A stretch of 64,000 nt of DNA from Euglena gracilis. Taxonomy: Eukaryota. Positions within the stretch are counted from its first letter, which is position 1, and each line of letters starts with the position of its first letter. The stretch is from contig CP154954.1 of NCBI GenBank assembly GCA_039621445.1, positions 18,710,642 through 18,774,641 on the forward strand. Reading direction: 5' to 3'. The notes under the pieces are model-generated. The model had not been told where the DNA came from. It made no database searches and was given only the letters and a program-made list of their open reading frames with translations. The position numbers and the translations under genes were made by a program. This document shows positions 1-11,000 of this stretch, piece after piece.

Positions 1-54
1 ATTCCTGCGCGATACCCTAAGTCACCACCAGCCAAAAATGACTGATTGGCTGCT

Positions 55-220
55 GTTATATTATGTTATATTATACCATATTATATTACATTACATTAAT
101 TGTATTACATTAATTATCTTACTTTTTGTTATATTATATTATATTATATTATATTATTACATTCTATTGTGTTATAGGATATTATAGTATAGTATAGTAT
201 GGTATATTATATTATATTGT
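55..220. repeat. AT-rich (TATTA/TATAG)n low-complexity microsatellite, intronic
   Basis: Degenerate pentamer repeats visible directly in the sequence. Confidence 0.85.
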
Positions 221-279
221 GTGTTGTATTTTGTTGGCTGCCGCCACATAGTGTGGAAGTAAAACCATTTTTGCCCCAG

Positions 280-458
280 GCCCACGCTTTGTGTTGAACT
301 CCGTGCTTGACGCAATGGCCAAGACCCCCAACCTGGGGACGAAGACGGGCAAGGGTTTCTATTCTTATGACTCCAAGGGCAAGCAGGGGGAGCTGGAGAA
401 GGACACCCTCAAGAAGTTCGGTGCCTTGACAGGGGACGAGAAGTTCAACTATGGTGAG
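280..458 (+). CDS. HADHA: Trifunctional enzyme alpha subunit (3-hydroxyacyl-CoA dehydrogenase C-terminal region), internal exon
   Basis: Acceptor ttttgccccag|G at 279/280; encodes ..PRFVLNSVLDAMAKTPNLGTKTGKGFYSYDSKGK..NYGE (G-x-K-T-G-x-G-F-Y motif of 3HCDH); donor GAG|gtgcg at 459 is phase 0, matching the next exon. Confidence 0.85.
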
Positions 459-791
459 GTGCGAACTGCTGCAGAGATTCCTTTTGGACAGAATATAAAA
501 GGCCGAAAATTGTTTCAAAAAAAGACAAATGGCAGCTGCATGGATGGGAGTAGAGGGTGACTATACTCTGACAGCATTATTATACATGACTAAAAGGTAG
601 AGATACTGGCCGGGAAATGGGGCGAGATTGTGACGTGGATGTGTATATGAATGCAGAACTGCAATGGTGTCAACAAAGGGTGTCTACACGGGCCAGAATG
701 GGTTTGGAGGGAGCCCAACCTGGGACGAAGGGTTGGGGGACGGGCAGTTGCTGAATTGGTGTTGGCGGGGGCGGACGGATGGTGTCCTCCT

Positions 792-867
792 GGCAGCGGT
801 GATGACCCCCAAGTCCCCAGAGTCATCGCATGATGGATGGTCAAACCTCAGAGAAGTCTGAGCTGCC
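792..867 (+). ncRNA. Box C/D snoRNA A (first of 20 copies)
   Basis: Terminal stem GGCAGC(792-797)/GCTGCC(862-867); C box GTGATGA 799-805; D' CAGA 818-821; C' ATGATGG 830-836; D box CTGA 858-861; 76 nt. Confidence 0.88.
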
Positions 868-934
868 CCCTGGAAGATTGTTCCCGGTTGGGCGGGGTGT
901 GGGCTGGGCCGGGGTCGGCATTGGTTTCGCTTTT

Positions 935-989
935 AGCGCACACGAAATCGCACAGCACAACAGGTGCGCACGCACACGGGCGCAGAGAC
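935..989 (+). ncRNA. Candidate single-hairpin AGA-box (H/ACA-like) RNA (first copy; one per unit)
   Basis: Upper stem CGCAC/GTGCG (or GCGCAC/GTGCGC), short lower stem, AGA at 984-986 lying 14-15 nt from the 3' pocket start. The fold is ambiguous. Confidence 0.45.
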
Positions 990-1050
990 ACAGACCCAGA
1001 CCCAGGCGGGAAGGGGGGTTGGGGAGGAGGTGTGGTAACCAACCTGCATG

Positions 1051-1127
1051 GGGGCTCGATGATGCCAACCCACAAGTCTTCTGCTCTGTAATGCACATCT
1101 CAACTTGGTCGATGCTACTGAGGCCCC
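1051..1127 (+). ncRNA. Box C/D snoRNA B (first of ~19 copies)
   Basis: Terminal stem GGGGCT/GGCCCC; C box ATGATGC 1059-1065; internal C'-like GTGATGC in most copies; D box CTGA 1118-1121; 77 nt. Confidence 0.8.
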
Positions 1128-1187
1128 TGGAACACCTGTTTGGTCGTGTTCCCGCACGACAGGTGATTTTTTTTTCCAAGGCTGATT

Positions 1188-1263
1188 GGGGCCCGTCCTT
1201 TTCTGTTACAGCCTGCGCATTGGACGGGTGACGTTGCTGGCTGGAAAATGGGGGTTGAGAGGG
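1188..1263 (+). ncRNA. Weak candidate AGA-box hairpin RNA, apparent paralogue of the 1464-1527 RNA
   Basis: Shares GCTGGCYGGAAAATGGGG..GAGA 3' arm with the 1464-1527 hairpin; CCCAT/ATGGG (CCCGT in this first copy) and CAGC/GCTG stems; AGA at 1258-1260. Confidence 0.35.
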
Positions 1264-1463
1264 CTGGCCGCGGGGTGTGGCTGCGTGGAATGGCGGCTGT
1301 TTTGGCCGCAGTCACTCCAGCGAGCAGGAGGCAGGGCCATGGGTGGTTGGCTCACCACCAACTGCGTGTTGGTGGTGAGATTTTTTCACGCAAAAAAAAG
1401 CATATTCATCCACACCCACAAACACTGTGTGGTTGTGGGTTGGTGTGGGGGGGAGGGGTTGGC

Positions 1464-1527
1464 AGCCTTAATATCCTCCAGCACGCCAATCCGATGGTGC
1501 TGCTGGCCGGAAAATGGGGCGAGATTG
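1464..1527 (+). ncRNA. Single-hairpin AGA-box pseudouridylation guide RNA (first complete copy; one per unit)
   Basis: Lower stem GCCTTA/TGGGGC, pocket ATATCCT / CCGGAAAA, upper stem CCAGCA-CGCCA/TGGTG-c-TGCTGG; AGA (1522-1524) 15 nt from the 3' pocket start, with the RNA end placed 3 nt after it. Confidence 0.7.
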
Positions 1528-3198
1528 TGACGTGGATGTTTACAGGAATGCAGAACAGCAATGGTGTCAACAAAGGGTGTCTACACGGGCCGGACTGGGT
1601 TTGGAGGGAGCCCAACCTGGGACGAAGGGTTGGGGGATGGGCAGTTGCTGAATTGGTGTTGGCGGGGGCGGACGGATGGTGTCCTCCTGGCAGCGGTGAT
1701 GACCCCCAAGTCCCCAGAGTCATCGCATGATGGATGGTCAAACCTCAGAGACGTCTGAGCTGCCCCCTGGAGAATTGTTCCCGGTTGGGTGGGGTGTGGG
1801 CTGGGCCGGGGTCGGCATTGGTTTCGCTTTTAGCGCACACGAAATCGCACAGCACAACAGGTGCGCACGCACACGGGCGCAGAGACACAGACCCAGACCC
1901 AGGCGGGAAGGGGGGTTGGGGAGGAGGTGTGGTAACCAACCCGCATGGGGGCTCGATGATGCCAACCCACAAGTCTTCTGCTCTGTGATGCACATCTCAA
2001 CTTGGTCGATGCTACTGAGGCCCCTGGAACACCTGTTTGGTCGTGTTCCCGCACGACAGGTGATTTTTTTTTTCAAGGCTGATTGGGGCCCATCCTTTTC
2101 TGTTACAGCCTGCGCATTGGACGGGTGACGTTGCTGGCTGGAAAATGGGGGTTGAGAGGGCTGGCCGCGGGGTGTGGCTGCGTGGAATGGCGGCTGTTTT
2201 GGCCGCAGTCACTCCAGCGAGCAGGAGGCAGGGCCATGGGTGGTTGGCTCACCACCAACTGCGTGTTGGTGGTGAGATTTTTTCACGCAAAAAAAGCATA
2301 TTCATCCACACCCACAAACACTGTGTGGTTGTGGGTTGGTGTGGGGGGGGGGGGTGGCAGCTTTAATATCCTCCAGCACGCCAATCCGATGGTGCTGCTG
2401 GCCGGAAAATGGGGCGAGATTGTGACGTGGATGTTTACAGGAATGCAGAACAGCAATGGTGTCAACAAAGGGTGTCTACACGGGCCGGACTGGGTTTGGA
2501 GGGAGCCCAACCTGGGACGAAGGGTTGGGGGACGGGCAGTTGCTGAATTGGTGTTGGCGGGGGCGGACGGATGGTGTCCTCCTGGCAGCAGTGATGACCC
2601 CCAAGTCCCCAGAGTCATCGCATGATGGATGGTCAAACCTCAGAGATGTCTGAGCTGCCCCCTGGAGGATTGTTCCCGGTTGGGTGGGGTGTGGGCTGGG
2701 CCGGGGTCGGCATTGGTTTCGCTTTTAGCGCACACGAAATCGCACAGCACAACAGGTGCGCACGCACACGGGCGCAGAGACACAGACCCAGACCCAGGCG
2801 GGAAGGGGGGTTGGGGAGGAGGTGTGGTGACCAACCCGCATGGGGGCTCGATGATGCCAACCCACAAGTCTTCTGCTCTGTGATGCACATCTCAACTTGG
2901 TCGATGCCACTGAGGCCCCTGGAACACCTGTTTGGTCGTGTTCCTGCACGACAGGTGATTTTTCTTTTCAAGGCTGATTGGGGCCCATCCTTTTCTGTTA
3001 CAGCCTGCGCATTGGACGGGTGACGTTGCTGGCTGGAAAATGGGGGTTGAGAGGGCTGGCCGCGGGGTGTGGCTGCGTGGAATGGCGGCTGTTTTGGCCG
3101 CAGTCACTCCAGCGAGCAGGAGGCAGGGCCATGGGTGGTTGGCTCACCACCAGCTGCGTGTTGGTGGTGAGATTTTTTCACGCAAGCATATTCATCCA

Positions 3199-6100
3199 CT
3201 TAGGCGGCCTAATTCGCACTTAAGCTTTTTTCGTTTGATTTGCGCACTTGCGCAAATTTACGATTTTTTTGATTGTGCTTCGTTTTGGCTGTGAAAGTCA
3301 GGGGGTTTGAAAACACGTGAACAAGAGAGTGCAAAAAACGACCGAAATTCTGATTTTGGCTGGGAAACCCCCGGGACTTTGGCGAAAAATGGTGTTTTTG
3401 AGGTGTGTCGGGAAGGACTTTGTGGGCCCAAACCCCCGGGACCCTGCCGGCCGAAACTGAAAAAAACGCAAAAAAGCACCATAGGAACGGGACCTTTACT
3501 GCCCCTGTTGCTTCTTTTGGCTGTGTCCCCGGGTGTGTCCGAGCTGCCGGCGGTGTGCGTCCTGGGTGTTTGCCGGGCTGCGTTGCTTGCGACACCTTGG
3601 TGTGGTGTTTTGGGGCTATATGTTAAAGTGCGGGGAGGAAGGTGCCGGGGGGTGTGGGTGTGGTGTGACCAAGCCGGCGGGAAGGACACAGGGGAAGGAA
3701 GGTGAGTACGGGGTGTTTGAGAAGGAATGCGTAGAGGGTGAAGAAACGGGGTCCGCAGGGAATGAAGGGACTGAAGGGGATGGGTGTCTCCCACCCGGCT
3801 TATACCCGGGATGCACACAACCAGTGGTGTGGCAATGAACCCAGCGGAAGAAGCCCAACACTGGAAGGGCAAAATCGCGTTTGATGCGCGCAATTGCGCG
3901 CATCAACATGTTTATGTTGATGCGCGCAATTGCGCAAATGCGCACAATTATGTCCTTCTGGGGATTGGGCTTTGACACCCTGAATTGATGCTGTTGATAA
4001 ACGGTGTGACAAAGGAGCTGTGAGTGGGCAGTCCAAAGGCCGTCCAGTTGATGAGTTTTATCTCACTGTTTGTCAACGGCGCAAGCTGATGGGCGCAAAT
4101 GCGCGCATCAAACACAAAACATGTTTATGTGCGCATTTGCGCAAATGCGCGCATCAAACGTGTTTTGTGTTTGATGCGCGCATTTGCGCCCATAAACGCA
4201 AAGAAGAACGGTGTGATGGAAACACAGCCGTCAAACACCGACAGCGGAAGTGGTTTATTTGCGCATTTGCACGCATCACGTTGTTTGTGGGCGCAAATGC
4301 GCAAATAAAACAGATGTAAATTGTTCAGTTTACATCTGTTTTATTTGCGCATTTGCGCCCACAAAACAACGTGATGCGCGCAAATGCGCAAATAAACCAC
4401 TAATGAAGGAGTAGAAAACGATTGCATTTGCCTCTCCTGTAACTACCCTTAGTGGCTTCTGAATGGGTTCAACCCAAACGACCACACCGTCCCCTCCGGC
4501 ATATGGTGTTATTGTGCCGTTTTTGGACCATTGACAGGTCCGGCAAAAGATGGAGACATAGCATCTTTTGAAGGTGGGTGCACAGCCACCCAGTAACGGT
4601 GCACCTCCACCGGCACCAATTTTTGGGTCCCAAGGGCCCTGCAGCTGACCTGTGGCTTCGGCTCCGCTGCTGCAGCCCCATCAGCTGCTGATGCTTCAGC
4701 ACCCAACAGGCCGGCATTGACCTCCCCGGTGCAACGACACCCACCACAGCGGCCACGTTATACCCCGCAACCGGGGTGTAAGACTGGGGGGACGACGTGG
4801 TGCCAGTGCATGGCAACCAGCAGCCGAAGAGAGGTGGCCCTCAAACACCCGTTACTTTGGGTACAAGGAAGTGTTGAAGCTTTACCCCTGGATTGGACGC
4901 ATCAAAGCGGTGGGACCCACTCCCCCCAAATTATGCAGAAAAACCGGCGTTTTTTACATATTTCAAGGGAGAAATGGCAAAGAAAACCGTAAAACGGACT
5001 CTGGCCGGACACATCCCGGGTGTTTCAGGTGCCAAATTTTGTCTTCCTGTGACGCAGTCCTGTTGCACAAAAGGTGTCAAACAGTCACCGGTCGTTTGCA
5101 CGTCATCAATTCATTACGTTTAACTGCCAAACACATGACGTCAAAACAACAGGCCGTTCGGGCCGGGGAACAGCAGTGCACATGTACACACCCAAGGCAG
5201 GCAAGTTTTGGCCAGTCACATGCCGTGTTCCAGTGAACACTCCACACTGCCTCTCACCACCAATTTCATCGCCACGTAACCTTGGAGCAAATCAATGGTT
5301 GGCGTGAGGAATTGTGTTCGCCAGCCGTCACGAAGCAGCAGATGGTATCCCACAACTGATGTGTTTTGATGCGCGCATTTGCGCAAATCAACAAACTTTG
5401 TTTGTGTGCTCTAAGGGCCCTACAAACACATTATTTTGAAGCGGTTTATTAACATGTTAATGCGCGCATTTGCGCAAATGCGCGCATCAACAAAATTATG
5501 TTTATTTGCGCAATTGCGCGCATCAACACGTCCACCACGGTTTTAAACCTTCTAAGTCATGGTCCTCATTGGTGTCTTTTAACATGGAAGGTAAACGTAC
5601 GTGTTTATGGGCGCAAATGCGCGCATCAACAAATTTGTTTATGCGCGCATTTGCGCAAATGCGCACACCACCAAACGTGTTGGTGCGCGCACTGGCGCCC
5701 ATAAACAGGTCATTTTATCATCAACAGTTGACGTTTACGTTTTATTTGCGCAAATGCGCCCATCAAACACAATTGTTTTTATTTGCGCAATTGCGCGCAT
5801 AAACACACATCAGTTGCGTGGCGGCTGCCTCACGTAGTCTGTGTGTCTGTGGTGGCGTTATCTAGTAAGACTCAGTTCTCACCGGTGGCGGCAGTGTCCA
5901 AGCCAGTTCAGCCAGCAGTTGAGCACCGTTTCCAAGTGTCATCACAAGGGGTGTGTGCCTCTCTCCCGTTTGATGTACAACAGCACAAGTCTCACCCCCA
6001 GCCCTATTAACGTCACCCGGTAAGCAGCATGCACACCAGACCACTGGGAGTTAATCCCCTCCAGTGGAGGGGTGTCATAGCTCATAAATCGTGTTCCGGC

Positions 6101-6200
6101 TGTCAGGGTACAGGGTCCCAGGGGTTACAAAAAATCGTGGATTTGCGCAATTGCGCAAATCAAAAGGAAAAAAGCTTAAGTGCGAATTAGGCCGCCTAAG
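3199..6200. mobile_element. Non-autonomous TIR DNA transposon (3.0 kb), superfamily unassigned
   Basis: ~70-bp TIRs starting CTTAGGCGGCCTAATTCGCACTTAAGC; 5-bp TSD ATCCA (3194-3198, 6201-6205) confirmed against empty sites in neighbouring units; interior rich in TTGCGCAA/ATGCGCGCA motifs; no transposase ORF recognised. Confidence 0.9.
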
Positions 6201-7110
6201 ATCCACACCCACAAACACTGTGTGGTTGTGGGTTGGTGTGGGGGGGAGGGGTTGGCAGCCTTAATATCCTCCAGCACGCCAATCCGATGGTGCTGCTGAC
6301 CGGAAAATGGGGCGAGATTGTGACGTGGATGTTTACAGGAATGCAGAACAGCAATGGTGTCAACAAAGGGTGTCTACACGGGCCAAACTGGGTTTGGAGG
6401 GAGCCCAACCTGGGACGAAGGGTTGGGGGATGGGCAGTTGCTGAATTGGTGTTGGCAGGGGCGGACGGATGGTGTCCTCCTGGCAGCGGTGATGACCCCC
6501 AAGTCCCCAGAGTCATCGCATGATGGATGGTCAAACCTCAGAGAAGTCTGAGCTGCCCCCTGGAGGATTGTTCCCGGTTGGGTGGGGTGTGGGCTGGGCC
6601 GGGGTCGGCATTGGTTTCGCTTTTAGCGCACACGAAATCGCACAGCACAACAGGTGCGCACGCACACGGGCTCAGAGACGCAGACCCAGACCCAGGCGGG
6701 AAGGGGGGTTGGGGAGGAGGTGTGGTAACCAACCCGCATGGGGGCTCGATGATGCCAACCCACAAGTCTTCTGCTCTGTGATGCACATCTCAACTTGGTC
6801 GATGCTACTGAGGCCCCTGGAACACCTGTTTGGTCGTGTTCCCGCACGACAGGTGATTTTTTTTTCAAGGCTGATTGGGGCCCATCCTTTTCTGTTACAG
6901 CCTGCGCATTGGACGGGTGACGTTGCTGGCTGGAAAATGGGGGTTGAGAGGGCTGGCCGTGGGGTGTGGCTGCGTGGAATGGCGGCTGTTTTGGCCGCAG
7001 TCACTCCAGCGAGCAGGAGGCAGGGCCATGGGTGGTTGGCTCACCACCAACTGCGTGTTGGTGGTGAGATTAAAAAAAAAAAAAAAAAGCATATTCATCC
7101 ACACCCACAA

Positions 7111-8027
7111 CAGGGATCCTCATACGTCCTGAAAAGGAAATTCACGGAAATTCACGGAGGATCACGGAAATGGGCAGAAGACCATTTTCACGGAAATCAC
7201 GGAAATTCACGGATGAGGCGGAGGGTTCGGAAAATTTTTCGCTCTTTTTGGAATGTGCTTTTTTTGTGCAGATGCATTTTTGATGGGATGTTCTGCACAT
7301 TCTCTGCCTTTCCAAACAGACAATCGCGCAAGCAAAACCTCATTCAGACAATCACAGATGATTTTGTGGCCGCTTTCCTCCATTCTGGTCTCCCGGTCAC
7401 AAAACTGGACCACAAAAGCATCAGAGGTGTTCTCCAGAAATACACACAAATTGAGGGTGTGTGGGTTTTTTGCTTATTCGGAAAATGACCTCCCACCTTT
7501 CCGCCCAGGCTGCATCCAGAAGGGTCAATCGCTACATCGGTCCGCTGACAGGGTTTTGGCAACCCATTTTGGGACAATCAAGAAAAAAAATTCAATTTTT
7601 CCCAAATTTTTTTCTCAGTTTTTCAAAACAAAAATCAATTTTTCCCCCTCCTGTACGTTTTTTATTTTCATATCCAGGTGTGGACAGGAACTGATGAATG
7701 TATTAAGAGTTCGGGGCATGCGATCATAAACATTTTGTTGGGTATGCGGGAAGGTCTACGTTGTAGCATGCGTTCAGTTGGGTTGCAAAGGGCCAAACTT
7801 GGGTCGGAATTGGCTTCAGCTGTCCTGGAGCCCTGGAGGATCTCCAGGACTATAATTTGGAGAAACAATCTTTGCTGCCACAACTGCCCAAATATGGCTC
7901 CGGTGCAGAATGGAATGTGGCTCTTGACCTTTTCTGGAAACAGGAAATTCACGGAAAATCACGGAAAATCACGGAAAATCACGGATACATTTTGGCCTCG
8001 GCCAGCACGGACATGTGAGGATCCCTG
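7111..8027 (+). mobile_element. Internally deleted hAT-like (CGGBP1-type) transposon
   Basis: 19-bp TIR CAGGGATCCTCA(T/C)A(C/T)GTCC; 7-bp TSD CCCACAA; subterminal TCACGGAAA repeats; coding remnants ..DDFVAAFLHSGLPVTKLDHKSIRGVLQKY.. and ..VWTGTDECIKSSGHAIINILLG.. Confidence 0.85.
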
Positions 8028-11000
8028 CCCACAAACACTGTGTGGTTGTGGGTTGGTGTGGGGGGGGGGGGGGTGGCAGCCTTAATATCCTCCAGCACGC
8101 CAATCCGATGGTGCTGCTGGCCGGAAAATGGGGCGAGATTGTGACGTGGATGTTTACAGGAATGCAGAAGAGCAATGGTGTCAACAAAGGGTGTCTACAC
8201 GGGCCAAACTGGGTTTGGAGGGAGCCCAACCTGGGACGAAGGGTTGGGGGATGGGCAGTTGCTGAATTGGTGTTGGCGGGGGCGGACGGATGGTGTCCTC
8301 CTGGCAGCGGTGATGACCCCCAAGTCCCCAGAGTCATCGCATGATGGATGGTCAAACCTCAGAGAAGTCTGAGCTGCCCCCTGGAGGATTGTTCCCGGTT
8401 GGGTGGGGTGTGGGCTGGGCCGGGGTCGGCATTGGTTTCGCTTTTAGCGCACGCAAAATCGCACAGCACAACAGGTGCGCACGCACACGGGCGCAGAGAC
8501 ACAGACCCAGACCCAGGCGGGAAGGGGGGTTGGGGAGGAGGTGTGGTAACCAACCCGCATGGGGGCTCGATGATGCCAACCCACAAGTCTTCTGCTCTGT
8601 GATGCACATCTCAACTTGGTCGATGCTACTGAGGCCCCTGGAACACCTGTTTGGTCGTGTTCCCGCACGACAGGTGATTTTTTTTTTTATGGCTGATTGG
8701 GGCCCATCCTTTTCTTTTACAGTCTGCGCTTTGGATGGGTGTCGTTGCTTGCTGGGAAATGGGGGTTGAGCGGGCTGGCCGCGGGGTGTGGCTGCGTGGA
8801 ATGGCGGCTGTTTTGGCCGCAGTCACTCCAGCGAGCAGGAGGCAGGGCCATGGGTGGTTGGCTCACCACCAACTGCGTGTTGGTGGTGAGATTTTTTCAC
8901 GCAAAAAAAGCATATTCATCCACACCCACAAACACTGTGTGGTTGTGGGTTGGTGTGGGGGGGGGGGGGGGGGCAGCCTTAATATCCTCCAGCACGCCAA
9001 TCCGATGGTGCTGCTGGCCGGAAAATGGGGCGAGATTGTGACGTGGATGTTTACAGGAATGCAGAACAGCAATGGTGTCAACAAAGGGTGTCTACACGGG
9101 CCAAACTGGGTTTGGAGGGAGCCCAACCTGGGACGAAGAGTTGGGGGACGGGCAGTTGCTGAAGAGGTGTTGGCGGGGGCGGACGGATGGTGTCCTCCTG
9201 GCAGCGGTGATGACCCCCAAGTCCCCAGAGTCATCGCATGATGGATGGTCAAACCTCAGAGAAGTCTGAGCTGCCCCCTGGAAGATTGTTCCCGGTTGGG
9301 CGGGGTGTGGGCTGGGCCGGGGTCGGCATTGGTTTCGCTTTTAGCGCACACGAAATCGCACAGCACAACAGGTGCGCACGCACACGGGCGCAGAGACACA
9401 GACCCAGACCCAGGCGGGAAGGGGGGTTGGGGAGGAGGTGTGGTGACCAACCCGCATGGGGGCTCGATGATGCCAACCCACAAGTCTTCTGCTCTGTGAT
9501 GCACATCTCAACTTGGTCGATGCTACTGAGGCCCCTGGAACACCTGTTTGGTCGTGTTCCTGCACGACAGGTGCTTTTTTCTTTCAAGGCTGATTGGGGC
9601 CCATCCTTTTCTGTTACAGCCTGCGCATTGGACGGGTGACGTTGCTGGCTGGAAAATGGGGGTTGAGAGGGCTGGCCGCGGGGTGTGGCTGCGTGGAATG
9701 GCGGCTGTTTTGGCCGCAGTCACTCCAGCGAGCAGGAGGCAGGGCCATGGGTGGTTGGCTCACCACCAACTGCGTGTTGTGGGTGAGATTTTTTTCACGC
9801 AAAAAAGCATATTCATCCACACCCACAAACACTGTGTGGTTGTGGGTTGGTGTGGGGGGGGGTGGCAGCCTTAATATCCTCCAGCACGCCAATCCGATGG
9901 TGCTGCTGGCCGGAAAATGGGGCGAGATTGTGACGTGGATGTTTACAGGAATGCAGAACAGCAATGGTGTCAACAAAGGGTGTCTACACGGGCCAAACTG
10001 GGTTTGGAGGGAGCCCAACCTGGGACGAAGGGTTGGGGGACGGGCAGTTGCTGAAGAGGTGTTGGCGGGGGCGGACGGATGGTGTCCTCCTGGCAGCGGT
10101 GATGACCCCCAAGTCCCCAGAGTCATCGCATGATGGATGGTCAAACCTCAGAGAAGTCTGAGCTGCCCCCTGGAGGATTGTTCCCGGTTGGGCGGGGTGT
10201 GGGCTGGGCCGGGGTCGGCATTGGTTTCGCTTTTAGCGCACACGAAATCGCACAGCACAACAGGTGCGCACGCACACGGGCGCAGAGACACAGACCCAGA
10301 CCCAGGCGGGAAGGGGGGTTGGGGAGGAGGTGTGGTGACCAACCCGCATGGGGGCTCGATGATGCCAACCCACAAGTCTTCTGCTCTGTGATGCACATCT
10401 CAACTTGGTCGATGCTACTGAGGCCCCTGGAACACCTGTTTGGTCGTGTTTCCGCACGACAGGTGATTTTTTTTTTCAAGGCTGATTGGGGCCCATCCTT
10501 TTCTGTTACAGCCTGCGCATTGGACGGGTGACGTTGCTGGCTGGAAAATGGGGGTTGAGAGGGCTGGCCGCGGGGTGTGGCTGCGTGGAATGGCGGCTGT
10601 TTTGGCCGCAGTCACTCCAGCGAGCAGGAGGCAGGGCCATGGGTGGTTGGCTCACCACCAACTGCGTGTTTGTGGTGAGATTTTTTCACAAAAAAAAAAG
10701 CATATTCATCCACACCCACAAACACTGTGTGGTTGTGGGTTGGTGTGGGGGGGAGGGGTTGGCAGCCTTAATATCCTCCAGCACGCCAATCCGATGGTGC
10801 TGCTGGCCGGAAAATGGGGCGAGATTGTGACGTGGATGTTTACAGGAATGCAGAACAGCAATGGTGTCAACAAAGGGTGTCTACACGGGCCAAACTGGGT
10901 TTGGAGGGAGCCCAACCTGGGACGAAGGGTTGGGGGACGGGCAGTTGCTGAAGAGGTGTTGGCAGGGGCGGACGGATGGTGTCCTCCTGGCAGCGGTGAT

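Noticed and set aside
1530-1590. Possible extra ACA-box hairpin RNA (GGATGTTT/GGGTGTCT-ACA)
   Set aside because: Stems are mostly G-U and the upper stem is too weak to call.
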